Shown: positions 1 through 10,075, numbered from the stretch's first letter. The stretch is DNA of 64,000 bases from Candidatus Poribacteria bacterium (GCA_036339735.1 JAYZAL010000064.1:32001-96000), one strand, 5' to 3'. The notes: generated by a model from the letters alone, not told the origin. Translations and numbers: made by a program.

Positions 1-420
1 ACAATTGACCTTTCGGCCTGCTACTATATCTCGCAAGGAATCTCCGACCAGAAAACGATTCGTGGAATCAATACAAAAATCTACCAATGCTTTTTCTAGT
101 AAACCTGATTTAGGTTTTCGGCAGAAGCAATCGTCCTTATCTTCATGAGGACAGTAGTAAATAGCGTCAATTTTTCCGCCAGCTATAACTATTTGTTCGA
201 GCATTTTTTCGTGGATTGAGTCGAGCTTGTCGGCTTGAAGAATGCCCTTGTTAACACAAGCCTGATTTGTAACAATAATCAACTGGTATCCTTTGTCGGT
301 CAATTGGCAAATGGCATCAATTGCATCCGGCAAAAACTCAAATTCATTCCAGTTTTTTACGTAGTCGTTGGGGCGCAAGCGATTGATCACACCATCTCTG
401 TCCAAAAATACAGTTTTCAT
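1..420 (-). CDS. gmhB: D-glycero-D-manno-heptose 1,7-bisphosphate phosphatase (HAD family), 3' end runs off the window
   Basis: Not in the ORF track; my translation from ATG at 420 gives MKTVFLDRDGVIN...IIVTNQ...YYCPH...CFCRKPKSG...VGDSLRD, the GmhB/HisB-N motifs. Adjacent to the heptose kinase. Confidence 0.92.
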   Translation of the reverse strand, partial: MKTVFLDRDGVINRLRPNDYVKNWNEFEFLPDAIDAICQLTDKGYQLIIVTNQACVNKGILQADKLDSIHEKMLEQIVIAGGKIDAIYYCPHEDKDDCFCRKPKSGLLEKALVDFCIDSTNRFLVGDSLRDIVAGRKVNC

Positions 421-432
421 CACAGGTTTTTG

Positions 433-1437
433 TTATTGTTCCCAAAATCGGTTTAATTTTTTTCTGTCTACTGCGACACACCCAACTTCAGTTACAACAA
501 TGCCTCCGGCCATATTAGCCATCTGTGCTGCTTGGAATGGTGTAAGGCCAGCTGATAAGGCCATAGTAAATACAGCGATAACAGTATCACCGGCCCCCGT
601 AACATCAAATACGTCTTGAGCTTTTGTCTCAATATGTTGAACTTTTAACTGACCTTCAGAAGTTTTTTCAAATAGACTCATTCCATGCTCTCCTCTAGTA
701 ATAAGTAGGTGAGCCAAATCTAACCGTTCTAATATTTTTTGTCCTACTTTTAATAAGGTTTTTTGATCCAAAATTCGAACACCAACAGCAATACTTGCCT
801 CTTTTTGGTTAGGTGTAATGGAGGTAACACCTTCATAACTCCAAAAATTTTCTACTTTTGGGTCTACTGTTACTGGTATACGGTTGAGCTTCGTTTTTGA
901 GGTAACTGCTCGGATCAATTCACTATTTACAACACCTTTATCATAATCAGCAAAAATCACCGCATCGACCGTATCCACTTTTTCTAAAATGACGCTCAAA
1001 AGTTGGCTATGTAGGGGTTGAACAGAATATTGGGTTGACTCTTTATCTATACGCACAATCTGTTGATTGCCAGCTATGATTCTGGTTTTTGTGCTTGTAG
1101 GTCGATTGTTGTCAACTCTAACAGCACTGGTTGTGACAGACTGTTCTTGCAGAAGGCTGATTAACTTCTCACCATTTTCGTCAGCACCAACCAAACCAAC
1201 AACTTCAACCTGTCCCGATAAACTAGCAATATTACAAGCTACATTCGCGGCACCACCCAAGCGAAAGGTTTCTTTTTGAACTTCTACCACTGGCACTGGC
1301 GCCTCAGGAGAAATACGATTAACATCTCCCCAAATATATTGATCAAGTACTAGGTCTCCGATAACCAATAACTTTTTCTGAGCCATTAACTCTAGGTCAG
1401 GATGAATTTTTGGTCGCTCAATTGGGCAGGAGTTCAT
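433..1437 (-). CDS. rfaE1: D-glycero-beta-D-manno-heptose-7-phosphate kinase (RfaE domain I, PfkB family)
   Basis: GDLVLDQY, RISPEAPVPV, GGAANVA and DVTGAGDT motifs. Start moved to ATG 1437, which has GAGGGG upstream and avoids overlap with the upstream gene. Confidence 0.93.
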   Translation of the reverse strand: MNSCPIERPKIHPDLELMAQKKLLVIGDLVLDQYIWGDVNRISPEAPVPVVEVQKETFRLGGAANVACNIASLSGQVEVVGLVGADENGEKLISLLQEQSVTTSAVRVDNNRPTSTKTRIIAGNQQIVRIDKESTQYSVQPLHSQLLSVILEKVDTVDAVIFADYDKGVVNSELIRAVTSKTKLNRIPVTVDPKVENFWSYEGVTSITPNQKEASIAVGVRILDQKTLLKVGQKILERLDLAHLLITRGEHGMSLFEKTSEGQLKVQHIETKAQDVFDVTGAGDTVIAVFTMALSAGLTPFQAAQMANMAGGIVVTEVGCVAVDRKKLNRFWEQ

Positions 1438-1507
1438 ATTTTTATCATTTCCCCTCAATATCACTTGTACTAAAAAGCCATTAGCTGACAGGAGTTCCAG
1501 TAGGTTT

Positions 1508-2338
1508 TCAATACAATTTATGTTTTTGAAGCCAAGGCCGAAATAACTTTTGCTGCTTAGCCTCATATCGTCCCCAAGTTTCTTCTGTTATGTAGGGAGG
1601 TTCATCCATTGTAGCAATGTTTTGTGACATCATCCAAGACGGCCCATAGCCAACATGTAGAGTTTTTCTTGTTTTTTGACTACTGTTTGTAAACCCCCCA
1701 TGTCTCAAATTTTCAGTAAATAGAATAGCATCACCAGCATCGACTTCCAGTCCAATCATGCCTGGCTCATCATTTACTGAACATTTATAAGGTGAATTGA
1801 AATTGGATTTGTGTGTACCTGGAACAACACAAAAAGCACCTTCTTCAGATTTGACTGAGTGGATGAAATAGATGATTCGTACCATCATACAGTCAATGCC
1901 TTTCGAATTAAATGTATATCTATATTTGTGGCTCAGGGGGCCACCCATGTGTGTACTACTGAAGTTGCCCGGATAGCGAATTCGTAACTCTGAATTATTA
2001 ATTCCAATTTCTTCTTGTACAATTGCTGATATATACTCCATTGATTTTTCGTGACTGACCAAAAAATCAAATGCAGGTGAAAAATTGAAAAAGTCTTCGA
2101 TAATCAAAGTTTCTCCACTCTCAATTCCTCCTTGAAAGTGATAACCATGATCAGGGCAAAGATAATATTTGGGTCCCCACTTGCTAATTTTTCTTTTGGG
2201 TTTATCTAACTTCGACCTCGCATGTGTCTCAAGTTGTTCGATGGTACACGATAGTGAATGGATTTCAGCCGTTGTTAGAAATTGGGGAATATGAATAAAA
2301 CCTTGGCGATCAAATTCATATAGTTCAATTTGATTCAT
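1508..2338 (-). CDS. PhyH-family Fe(II)/2-oxoglutarate oxygenase with non-canonical HxG motif
   Basis: FDRQGF N-terminus, GAFCVVPGTHK, AGDAILF..LRHGG. The first metal motif reads H-M-G. Confidence 0.8.
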   Translation of the reverse strand: MNQIELYEFDRQGFIHIPQFLTTAEIHSLSCTIEQLETHARSKLDKPKRKISKWGPKYYLCPDHGYHFQGGIESGETLIIEDFFNFSPAFDFLVSHEKSMEYISAIVQEEIGINNSELRIRYPGNFSSTHMGGPLSHKYRYTFNSKGIDCMMVRIIYFIHSVKSEEGAFCVVPGTHKSNFNSPYKCSVNDEPGMIGLEVDAGDAILFTENLRHGGFTNSSQKTRKTLHVGYGPSWMMSQNIATMDEPPYITEETWGRYEAKQQKLFRPWLQKHKLY

Positions 2339-2344
2339 TTTGAT

Positions 2345-3277
2345 TCATTTCTGTTTGATTAAATAATCAAATACAGCCTCTAGATTATTATCAAGTGAAT
2401 ACATTTGTTCAATTTGTATACGATTTTCTAGAACAAATTTTGCTATCAGTTCGTAAAATTGATTTGGCCTATGAGTTTCTACTATCAAACGATTTACATT
2501 TTCCTCTAATCGAACCGCAAAAACATCTTCGAAAGAAACACAAACTTCTGCCAATTTTCGAGGGTTTCGGCATATAACACAAATTTTATGCAAATGGCTA
2601 TCCATCTGGTCCCGAATGTCAGAAATTTTACCCTTGGCTACTAGCTTTCCATGCTGCATCAATAAAATATTATCGGTCAAAGATTCAGCTTCTTGCAGCA
2701 TATGGCTAGAAACAAGAACACAATGACCTGATTCTCCCAATGAGCGAATGAGCCTGATCGTTTCACTTCGTCCAACGGGATCCATCCCATTAAATGGCTC
2801 ATCAAGAAGGATAAGATTCGGATCATGAACTAGAGTTTGGGCTAACTTAAGGCGTTGCCGCATCCCTTTACTATATGTTCCTATTTTCTGATTCATCTGT
2901 TCTGCTAATCCAACAGTCTTCATAATAGACCAAACTTTCTGATCTAATTTATCCTTAGGAATCAAGCTAAGCTGAGCAAGAAAACGAATCATTCCAAAAC
3001 CAGTCATGTCCCAGTAAAAGTCTTCGCTGTCAGGACAAAAACCAATCCTGTGATATAAAGTTGGATTATTCCATATTGATTCACCCCAGACTAAAAGGTC
3101 CCCAAGATTTGGCTTGAGCTGTCCTGCGATCAAACGTAGTAATGTCGATTTGCCAGCACCATTTGGTCCGACTAAAGCCGTAATACCCAATTCGAAACTG
3201 ACAGTAACATCGTTTAAAGCAATAACTTGACCAAACCATTTTGACAACTTGTCCGTTTGAATTATAGCTTCAGCCAC
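2345..3277 (-). CDS. ABC transporter ATP-binding protein (ABC-2/exporter type)
   Basis: Walker A GPNGAGKST, signature YSKGMRQR, Walker B LLDEP, H-loop SSH. Confidence 0.92.
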   Translation of the reverse strand: MAEAIIQTDKLSKWFGQVIALNDVTVSFELGITALVGPNGAGKSTLLRLIAGQLKPNLGDLLVWGESIWNNPTLYHRIGFCPDSEDFYWDMTGFGMIRFLAQLSLIPKDKLDQKVWSIMKTVGLAEQMNQKIGTYSKGMRQRLKLAQTLVHDPNLILLDEPFNGMDPVGRSETIRLIRSLGESGHCVLVSSHMLQEAESLTDNILLMQHGKLVAKGKISDIRDQMDSHLHKICVICRNPRKLAEVCVSFEDVFAVRLEENVNRLIVETHRPNQFYELIAKFVLENRIQIEQMYSLDNNLEAVFDYLIKQK

Positions 3278-3285
3278 AAAATATA

Positions 3286-4323
3286 CTACAAAAAAGCTCT
3301 TTTGAGATTCACATTAAAAGGCGGCTTTATTATCCCTTTCTCTGTTATTATAGACGTAATTAAGTGAGCTGGTGTAACATCAAAGGCTGGACTATAGACC
3401 TTAACGCCTTCTGGTGCTGTACGCAGGCCGAAACCTTCAGTTACTTCTTCGGCACTTCTTTCTTCAATAGGAATTTGATCACCATTCTCCAAAGACATAT
3501 CGACTGTCGATGTTGGTGCTGCCACATAAAATGGCACACCATGTTGCTGAGCCATCACAGCTACCATGTAAGTTCCTATTTTATTTGCAGTATCTCCATT
3601 CGCTGCAATTCGGTCCGCACCGACAACAACTCTTTGAATATAGCCCTCTTTCATTACTTGACCTGCGACACTGTCGCAAATCAATGTAACGTCAATGCCC
3701 GCTCTCATGAGTTCCCAAGTAGTCAATCTTGCTCCTTGCAATAATGGTCGTGTTTCATCCGCATATACATGAATTTGTTTTCCCATTTCATGTGCAGAGA
3801 ACATTACAGCTAGAGCTGTTCCATAGTCTGAGGTAGCTAAACCACCAGCATTACAGTGAGTCAGGATGTTATCCCCATTTTCAATCAAGCCCGCACCGTA
3901 TTTTCCAATTGATCGGCTCATCTGTTGATCTTCACTCATAATCTCCAAAGATTCAGTTAGGAGTCGCTCCTTCAATTCGGGAACTGTCAGGCTTTGGTTT
4001 TCTTGGGCGACCTTAACCATTCTTTTAAGAGCCCAGAATAGATTAACTGCTGTCGGTCTGGAGGTTGATAGATAATCTGTTATATTCTTAAGCTCAATCT
4101 CAAAATCAGCGTAATTATCAGCTGTTGAGCGCCAAACCCCTAAAACCGTACCAAATGCAGCTGCAATGCCAATTGCTGGTGCCCCACGAACCTTTAAAGT
4201 TTTGATTGCTTGCCAAATTTCACTTACTTCATCACAATAAATTTGTTTAAATTCATTAGGTAATAATGTTTGGTCAATTAAGCGAATACGTCCATTAATC
4301 CATTCAATCGTCGGTGTGAACAT
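3286..4323 (-). CDS. mtnA: S-methyl-5-thioribose-1-phosphate isomerase
   Basis: VRGAPAIG, RPTAVNL, THCNAG, ETRPLLQGARLT, NKIGTY, AFDVTP motifs. Confidence 0.96.
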   Translation of the reverse strand: MFTPTIEWINGRIRLIDQTLLPNEFKQIYCDEVSEIWQAIKTLKVRGAPAIGIAAAFGTVLGVWRSTADNYADFEIELKNITDYLSTSRPTAVNLFWALKRMVKVAQENQSLTVPELKERLLTESLEIMSEDQQMSRSIGKYGAGLIENGDNILTHCNAGGLATSDYGTALAVMFSAHEMGKQIHVYADETRPLLQGARLTTWELMRAGIDVTLICDSVAGQVMKEGYIQRVVVGADRIAANGDTANKIGTYMVAVMAQQHGVPFYVAAPTSTVDMSLENGDQIPIEERSAEEVTEGFGLRTAPEGVKVYSPAFDVTPAHLITSIITEKGIIKPPFNVNLKRAFL

Positions 4324-4347
4324 CAGCTTTACCTCATCGCAGCAGGC

Positions 4348-4376
4348 ATTGTAGCACAGACAACTGATGGTCGCAA
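4348..4376 (-). promoter_or_regulatory. sigma70-type promoter for mtnA
   Basis: Minus strand TTGCGA-17 nt-TACAAT with TG extension, 24 nt upstream of the mtnA ATG. Confidence 0.6.
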
Positions 4377-4407
4377 TAATGAATCAATGCCATTTATTAT
4401 CTTTACC

Positions 4408-4436
4408 TTGCACGGTTAATTTCAATTTCATATACT
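4408..4436 (+). promoter_or_regulatory. sigma70-type promoter facing pcrA across a ~450-nt region
   Basis: TTGCAC-17 nt-TATACT. Confidence 0.55.
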
Positions 4437-4890
4437 TCCTGTAGTATATTCATATGTGTACAGGCAACTTAATAACCAGATAATGTGTTGACAATTTTTC
4501 TCGATCAAGATCGACTGAAAGCAGCTTTGCGCTTTTTACCCGAAGTAAAGAGACCCGGGTTTCAGCATTACAACCAGAATCTGAAAAAGGCGGATCCGAT
4601 CTAGTAATTCTTTTGATGTATCTGACCAGTTCTTTTATTCCAGTTTAATTACTTCTGGGTGGCTAATTCAATGAGAGCTTGAATCCCACGCCTTTTACTT
4701 TCAGAGATCAGCTCTTAGGACGTCGAATCTCGACCATATCGATATCACTGATTTTTTGAATAACGGCTAAAAATTTTGATGTTGATCCTCAGAAAGAGTC
4801 GATCAACACACCACAAGAAGATATTACTTACTCTGATGTAAAAGCTTCGAAAACTGGAGCAGTTTTGCTAATTTATTTTCGTGAGGAATA

Positions 4891-7059
4891 ATGGAAATTA
4901 CACAGCTACTACAAAGTCTAAACCCAATACAACAAGAGGCTGTTAGGCAAGTTGAGGGACCTCTTTTGCTATTGTCTGGCGCTGGTAGTGGTAAAACACG
5001 GGTTATAACGTATCGGATTGCGCATCTTATCCATCACTATGAGATTTCACCATACAACATTTTGGCAGTGACCTTCACTAATAAAGCCGCAAGTGAAATG
5101 AAAAATCGTCTAGCTCACCTCATTAGTGAAGAGGTGAGTCAAAAAATTTGGGTTTCGACGTTTCATTCAAGTTGTGCCAGAATCTTAAGAAGACATATTG
5201 ATCGTCTCGGTTACCATACATCATTCACTATTTATGATTCTGCAGATCAAATCACGTTAATTAAATCATTATTGAAAGAATTTCAATTTAGGGAAGAATT
5301 GCACAACCCTCGAGCGGTGAAAAGCCGCATCAGCGATGCAAAAAACCAACTGATGAGCCCAACAGATTATGACGTCTCCATTCGATCTGAGTCTGGCTTT
5401 GTTAATCCCTTTGAAGAAAATGTATCTCAGATTTTTTCTGCTTACCAGAAAAAACTCAGAGCAAATAACGCTCTGGACTTTGATGATCTGATTTTAATGA
5501 CAGTTCAGCTGTTTGAGACTTTTCCTGATGTATTGGAATTTTACCAAAAACGTTTTCAATATATTATGGTTGATGAATATCAGGATACGAATCAATGTCA
5601 GTATCGTTTGGTTCGAGCCTTGGCTAGAAAGCACAAAAACCTTTGTGTGGTTGGAGATGATGATCAATCGATTTATGCATTTCGTGGTGCAGATATTAAC
5701 AACATTTTAAACTTTGAACAGGATTACCAAAACATAAGAATTTTACGCTTAGAACAAAATTATCGTTCAACGCAGAATATACTTGAGGCAGCTAACTTAG
5801 TAATTCAAAATAACAATCAAAGAAAAGAAAAATCGCTATGGACTGAAAATCAGTCAGGTGAACTCATCCGCATATTTGAAGCTAGCGATGAAGTTGAAGA
5901 AGCAAATTATGTGGTTAACGAAATTCGAAATTACAAACACAAAGGTAAATCCTACAGTGATTGTGTGATTTTCTACCGAATCAATGCACAATCGCGTACT
6001 TTTGAAGAGGCCTTGCGTGAAGAAAATATTCCTTACCAAATTATTGGAGGAACTAAGTTTTACGATCGGATGGAAATTAAGGATATGCTAGCTTACCTGA
6101 AGATTATCGTCAACCCTAGTGATTCAGTAAGTTTGCGTCGAATTATCAATGTCCCGGCCAGAGGTATTGGGGGGAAGACCTTAGCTCGCCTAGAAGATTT
6201 TGCTCAATCTAATCAAATTTCGCTGATGAATGCAGTTCGACGTGTGTTTGAAATCGAAAACATTCGGGCTTCTACCCAAAGTAGAATTAAAGACTTTTCT
6301 GAGTTGATAAATAATTATCAACCAACTGATACACCAGCACAAACACTTGATGATCTGATGCATCGTTCAGGATACCTAGCAGCTTTACGTCAGGAAAATA
6401 CAATTGAGACACAAACTCGTATTGAAAACTTGAATGCTTTAGTTAACGGCGTATTTAGTTACGAATCATCTGCTCCAGAACTAACTCTGAGCGGCTATTT
6501 AGAGTCAGTAGCTTTGACTTCGGATATTGATAGTCTTTCGGATCAACATGATGTTGTATCTCTAATGACTTTGCATAATGCGAAAGGCCTTGAATTTCCT
6601 ATTGTTTTTATGGCTGGTATGGAAGAAGGATTTCTACCGCATCAACGATCTATGGAATCTCTAAAAGAGTTGGAGGAAGAGCGACGTCTATGTTACGTAG
6701 GTATTACTCGAGCCGAAGAACAATTACACCTAACACATTCAAAAACTCGTCGGACATTCGGCAATTTTGATTATAGAATTTCCTCTCGGTTCTTAGACGA
6801 AATCCCTCCAGATTTACTCGAATCTGTTCAAAAACACATGGAAACAAAAGTTGATCGAGTCGTTTCGACTTTTGACCCTGATGAATCAGGTTATTTAGAA
6901 TGTTACCAAGTTGGCCAAATTGTCTACCATAGACGATTTGGCCGTGGACGCATAAAAGCAATCTTTGGCTCCGGAGAGAACAGCCGAATAACAATCCGTT
7001 TTGACCGCGCAGGAGAAAAAACACTGATGCAATCTTATGCTAACTTACAAATTACATGA
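4891..7059 (+). CDS. pcrA: ATP-dependent DNA helicase PcrA/UvrD
   Basis: GAGSGKT, TFTNKAA, VDEYQD, VGDDDQSIY, LEQNYRST, TLHNAKGLEF, EERRLCYVGITRA; C-terminal Tudor-like H.RFG.G. Confidence 0.96.
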   Translation: MEITQLLQSLNPIQQEAVRQVEGPLLLLSGAGSGKTRVITYRIAHLIHHYEISPYNILAVTFTNKAASEMKNRLAHLISEEVSQKIWVSTFHSSCARILRRHIDRLGYHTSFTIYDSADQITLIKSLLKEFQFREELHNPRAVKSRISDAKNQLMSPTDYDVSIRSESGFVNPFEENVSQIFSAYQKKLRANNALDFDDLILMTVQLFETFPDVLEFYQKRFQYIMVDEYQDTNQCQYRLVRALARKHKNLCVVGDDDQSIYAFRGADINNILNFEQDYQNIRILRLEQNYRSTQNILEAANLVIQNNNQRKEKSLWTENQSGELIRIFEASDEVEEANYVVNEIRNYKHKGKSYSDCVIFYRINAQSRTFEEALREENIPYQIIGGTKFYDRMEIKDMLAYLKIIVNPSDSVSLRRIINVPARGIGGKTLARLEDFAQSNQISLMNAVRRVFEIENIRASTQSRIKDFSELINNYQPTDTPAQTLDDLMHRSGYLAALRQENTIETQTRIENLNALVNGVFSYESSAPELTLSGYLESVALTSDIDSLSDQHDVVSLMTLHNAKGLEFPIVFMAGMEEGFLPHQRSMESLKELEEERRLCYVGITRAEEQLHLTHSKTRRTFGNFDYRISSRFLDEIPPDLLESVQKHMETKVDRVVSTFDPDESGYLECYQVGQIVYHRRFGRGRIKAIFGSGENSRITIRFDRAGEKTLMQSYANLQIT

Positions 7060-7068
7060 GGATAATCC

Positions 7069-7362
7069 ATGTCAAAAATTATTAGTATCGAAGACGTTCA
7101 ACATATTAGCAATCTGGCTCGTTTAACACTTAACAGTGAGGAGGTAAAAGCGAGTCAAGAACAGTTATCTCACATTCTGGACTATATTGAGAAACTCAAT
7201 CAGCTAGACACGGAAGATGTTCACCCTACTTCTCATGTAATACCCATTCGAAACGTAACAAAGGCTGATGATCAAAAAGACTTATTTGAGCGAGATGAAA
7301 TTTTGGCCAATGCTCCCTCTAGTGAACAAGGATATTTTGAAGTTCCTCAGGTTATTGAATAA
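7069..7362 (+). CDS. gatC: Asp/Glu-tRNA amidotransferase subunit C
   Basis: 97 aa; V.HISNLARL, ILDYIEKLNQLDT, LANAP...YFEVPQVIE; GAGG RBS. Confidence 0.93.
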   Translation: MSKIISIEDVQHISNLARLTLNSEEVKASQEQLSHILDYIEKLNQLDTEDVHPTSHVIPIRNVTKADDQKDLFERDEILANAPSSEQGYFEVPQVIE

Positions 7363-7382
7363 CCAGTCGTTAGATTAGAAAA

Positions 7383-8258
7383 ATGGAAGTGCAACAAACA
7401 ATAAAAGCCACTCGATCTTGGAGTCAACGTCATCGATATCAAGGGAAGTCAGTTGGCTTTGTTCCAACCATGGGTGCCTTGCATCAAGGACATCTCAGTT
7501 TAGTTCGCCAAGCCCGAAAAGATAATGATTTTGTTGTAGTAAGCGTATTCGTTAACCCAATTCAATTTGCACCTAATGAAGATTTTGATAATTATCCCAG
7601 AAAATTTAGGCTAGACTTAGACTTACTCGAGAAAGAATGCGTTGATCTGGTTTTTGCACCTAGCAGTCAAGAAATGTACCCACAAGATGATAACCGTATG
7701 AACCAGACATGGTTGGACGTCGTTGGGCCAATTACTGAAGGACTATGCAGTACTAGTCGACCGACTTTTTTTCGTGGTGTAACAACTGTTGTGGCTAAAT
7801 TATTTAATATCGTTCAACCAAAACGTGCTTACTTTGGATGGAAAGATGCACAACAACTAGCAGCAATCCGACAAATGGTGAATGACTTGAACTTTGATCT
7901 AGAAGTAATCGGCTTGCCTATAGTACGAGAAGACGATGGTTTAGCTATGAGTTCACGAAACGTCTATTTAACAAAAGATGAACGCCAAGAGGCCAAAATG
8001 GTCTACCAATCCTTGGAACTAGCAAAATCCCAAATTCTACGAGGGGGGCAGTCTGTAAAAAAAATCACGGATGAGATGAAACTACTAGTGGAAGACTCGC
8101 CATTGATTCGAATTGACTATATTACAATTGTCTCTAGTCAAACATTCAGCCTAATCTCAGAACTTGAGCACGGACAAGATATCTTAATAGCAATAGCTGC
8201 TTATGTCGGAAACACCCGTTTAATTGATAATTTCCGACTAAAAGTTCCCCAGTTTTAA
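7383..8258 (+). CDS. panC: pantoate--beta-alanine ligase
   Basis: VPTMGALHQGH, SVFVNPIQF, FG.KDAQQ, GLAMSSRN, RLIDN. Confidence 0.97.
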   Translation: MEVQQTIKATRSWSQRHRYQGKSVGFVPTMGALHQGHLSLVRQARKDNDFVVVSVFVNPIQFAPNEDFDNYPRKFRLDLDLLEKECVDLVFAPSSQEMYPQDDNRMNQTWLDVVGPITEGLCSTSRPTFFRGVTTVVAKLFNIVQPKRAYFGWKDAQQLAAIRQMVNDLNFDLEVIGLPIVREDDGLAMSSRNVYLTKDERQEAKMVYQSLELAKSQILRGGQSVKKITDEMKLLVEDSPLIRIDYITIVSSQTFSLISELEHGQDILIAIAAYVGNTRLIDNFRLKVPQF

Positions 8259-9319
8259 TTCTTTGTTACTGAAATTGTGTCATCCACAAAGAATCCCTTA
8301 CTTGACTTAGGTGGAATGCTTAGTTCAACCAGGTTGTCGCTAACAGCAGACACCACTCCTGTTAATTCACGCATGACTCCCAATTTGATCATTTGTCCAG
8401 TTACTGGGTGAATAATTTCTTTGGGCGTTTTACTCAAAGTCAACTTGTTTCCACTCTCAACTTTATTAGGATTAATGCCCGCCATTTGTAGTATATCCCC
8501 TCTTATCGCAATGATCATGGCATTACCTAATAAACTTTTTTGTAGCTGTCCAACCAAGTTCTGGGGGGGGCGCTTAATTCTATCATATATTCCTACAATA
8601 TGCTGAGGCTTACTTTCTATCCCGGGTACGATAATAACTTCGCGGTCGATTTTATGTAATAGCTCAAAGGATGCAATCCCCTCTCCAGCATTTTTACCAA
8701 ATGCAACAGAAATTTCATTTCCATCGGCGTCTACTAAATTTATCTCCTGGTCTGGTTTAAATGGTACTTGTGGGCCGTTATCTAGGGATGCTGCTAGTTG
8801 ATTCGTTTCGGTTTCAGCCAGTCTTTCTTCTATGTCAGATCCTGCACCTTCAAATTTTCTTACTAAAATGGAGTGCCGTCCCAGTACTAGCAAACACTTG
8901 GCAGGTAATCGAACCAGTCGGATATTAGTACCAATATCGATCAGTGGCGGGCTTGTTTTGCTCCGGTCATCTGTTGTAACTTCGAAATCAGAGAGATAAA
9001 GAGTTGATCGGTTCTGATCTACATCGATAACTAACCCCATACCCAGAGGCGTTTTAATCGTTTGTGTCAGATTCGCATTAGCATCATACAAAATCTTTGG
9101 CCTATATATCTCTAATGTCATACCACGTCTAACTCCATCTAATCTACCCAAATTAACATTAACTCGCCGCGAGTTTATACTCAGAATTCGACCATCTTCG
9201 GGTGTAGATGAAATGGATCTTTTTTCTTCTTTTGCTTGGTGGTCATCCGATAGAGAACTGATGGTGATCATCATAACACCAATAGTGATGAGGCACCAAA
9301 GAACATAGTCTTTTTTCAT
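8255..9319 (-). CDS. exported hypothetical protein with FlgT C-terminal-like beta domains
   Basis: N-terminal hydrophobic signal/anchor. VNVNLGRLDGVRRGMTLEIYR and EIIHPVTGQMI resemble FlgT-C-type motifs. Last gene of the long minus-strand run. Confidence 0.5.
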   Translation of the reverse strand: MKKDYVLWCLITIGVMMITISSLSDDHQAKEEKRSISSTPEDGRILSINSRRVNVNLGRLDGVRRGMTLEIYRPKILYDANANLTQTIKTPLGMGLVIDVDQNRSTLYLSDFEVTTDDRSKTSPPLIDIGTNIRLVRLPAKCLLVLGRHSILVRKFEGAGSDIEERLAETETNQLAASLDNGPQVPFKPDQEINLVDADGNEISVAFGKNAGEGIASFELLHKIDREVIIVPGIESKPQHIVGIYDRIKRPPQNLVGQLQKSLLGNAMIIAIRGDILQMAGINPNKVESGNKLTLSKTPKEIIHPVTGQMIKLGVMRELTGVVSAVSDNLVELSIPPKSSKGFFVDDTISVTKN

Positions 9320-9325
9320 GATTTT

Positions 9326-10069
9326 TTACCAACGGAACCTAATTTCTCCAAAGATACCATTTCCAGTTGTTAGATAGGATGTCTGAACCACCGAATCAGT
9401 ATCTTGGTCTTGGATTAAAAATAGAACAGCGCTTGTAGTTAAACTCAAAACCGAAGCACCAAGTAACAATCCAGTTTGCCTATCGAGTTGTTGTGTTTTT
9501 GATTTGAACTCATCGGCTTTTGTTTTTACTAAAGCTTGTTTGAACATTTTATATGTACTATCTGCTCGATGGTTTGAGTAATATGCAGCAATGCTCAATG
9601 CTCCACCAATAGATAATGCCGTCCAAGCAAAGGGATTTGATTGGCGACGGTATGGCTGATCGTAATCAGAAGAACCAGCTAAATCTGGCAAATCTTGATT
9701 TAGAATACTAATACCATCTTTGGTCTGAACAACCTCTTGAACGGATACTAGGTCTGCAAAGCGTACCATTTTCCCAGTATCTGTCTCCGTGATTCTCGTT
9801 ATAGCACTATGTTCATAAGACTCAAGGACCTCTAGGCGAGCTACAGGAGATAGCTGATGTTCAATAGATTCGTATGCATAGCAGATATCACCTTCCTGCA
9901 AGTCATAATCCTTTCCCATATCAATATAGACAAAGCTTCGATCAACTAGGAGAACGTATCCTTGGTCCCAACCATCGAGAGCCATAGCAACATCAGCGAT
10001 CATACCAGCGAATAACAAGCAATAGAAGAAAAATCTTAACTTTAAACTCATTCTTAGAACTCTATTCAC
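9326..10069 (-). CDS. exported/membrane hypothetical protein: FlgT-C-like N domain plus C-terminal hydrophobic hairpin
   Basis: Signal peptide; VYIDMGKDYDLQEGD motif; two hydrophobic segments near the C-terminus; ends in aromatic GEIRFRW. Confidence 0.5.
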   Translation of the reverse strand: MNRVLRMSLKLRFFFYCLLFAGMIADVAMALDGWDQGYVLLVDRSFVYIDMGKDYDLQEGDICYAYESIEHQLSPVARLEVLESYEHSAITRITETDTGKMVRFADLVSVQEVVQTKDGISILNQDLPDLAGSSDYDQPYRRQSNPFAWTALSIGGALSIAAYYSNHRADSTYKMFKQALVKTKADEFKSKTQQLDRQTGLLLGASVLSLTTSAVLFLIQDQDTDSVVQTSYLTTGNGIFGEIRFRW

Positions 10070-10075
10070 AAAGAT

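Noticed and set aside
1438-1566. 43-aa N-terminal extension of the heptose kinase in the ORF track
   Set aside because: Overlaps the upstream PhyH gene, and a good RBS precedes ATG 1437.
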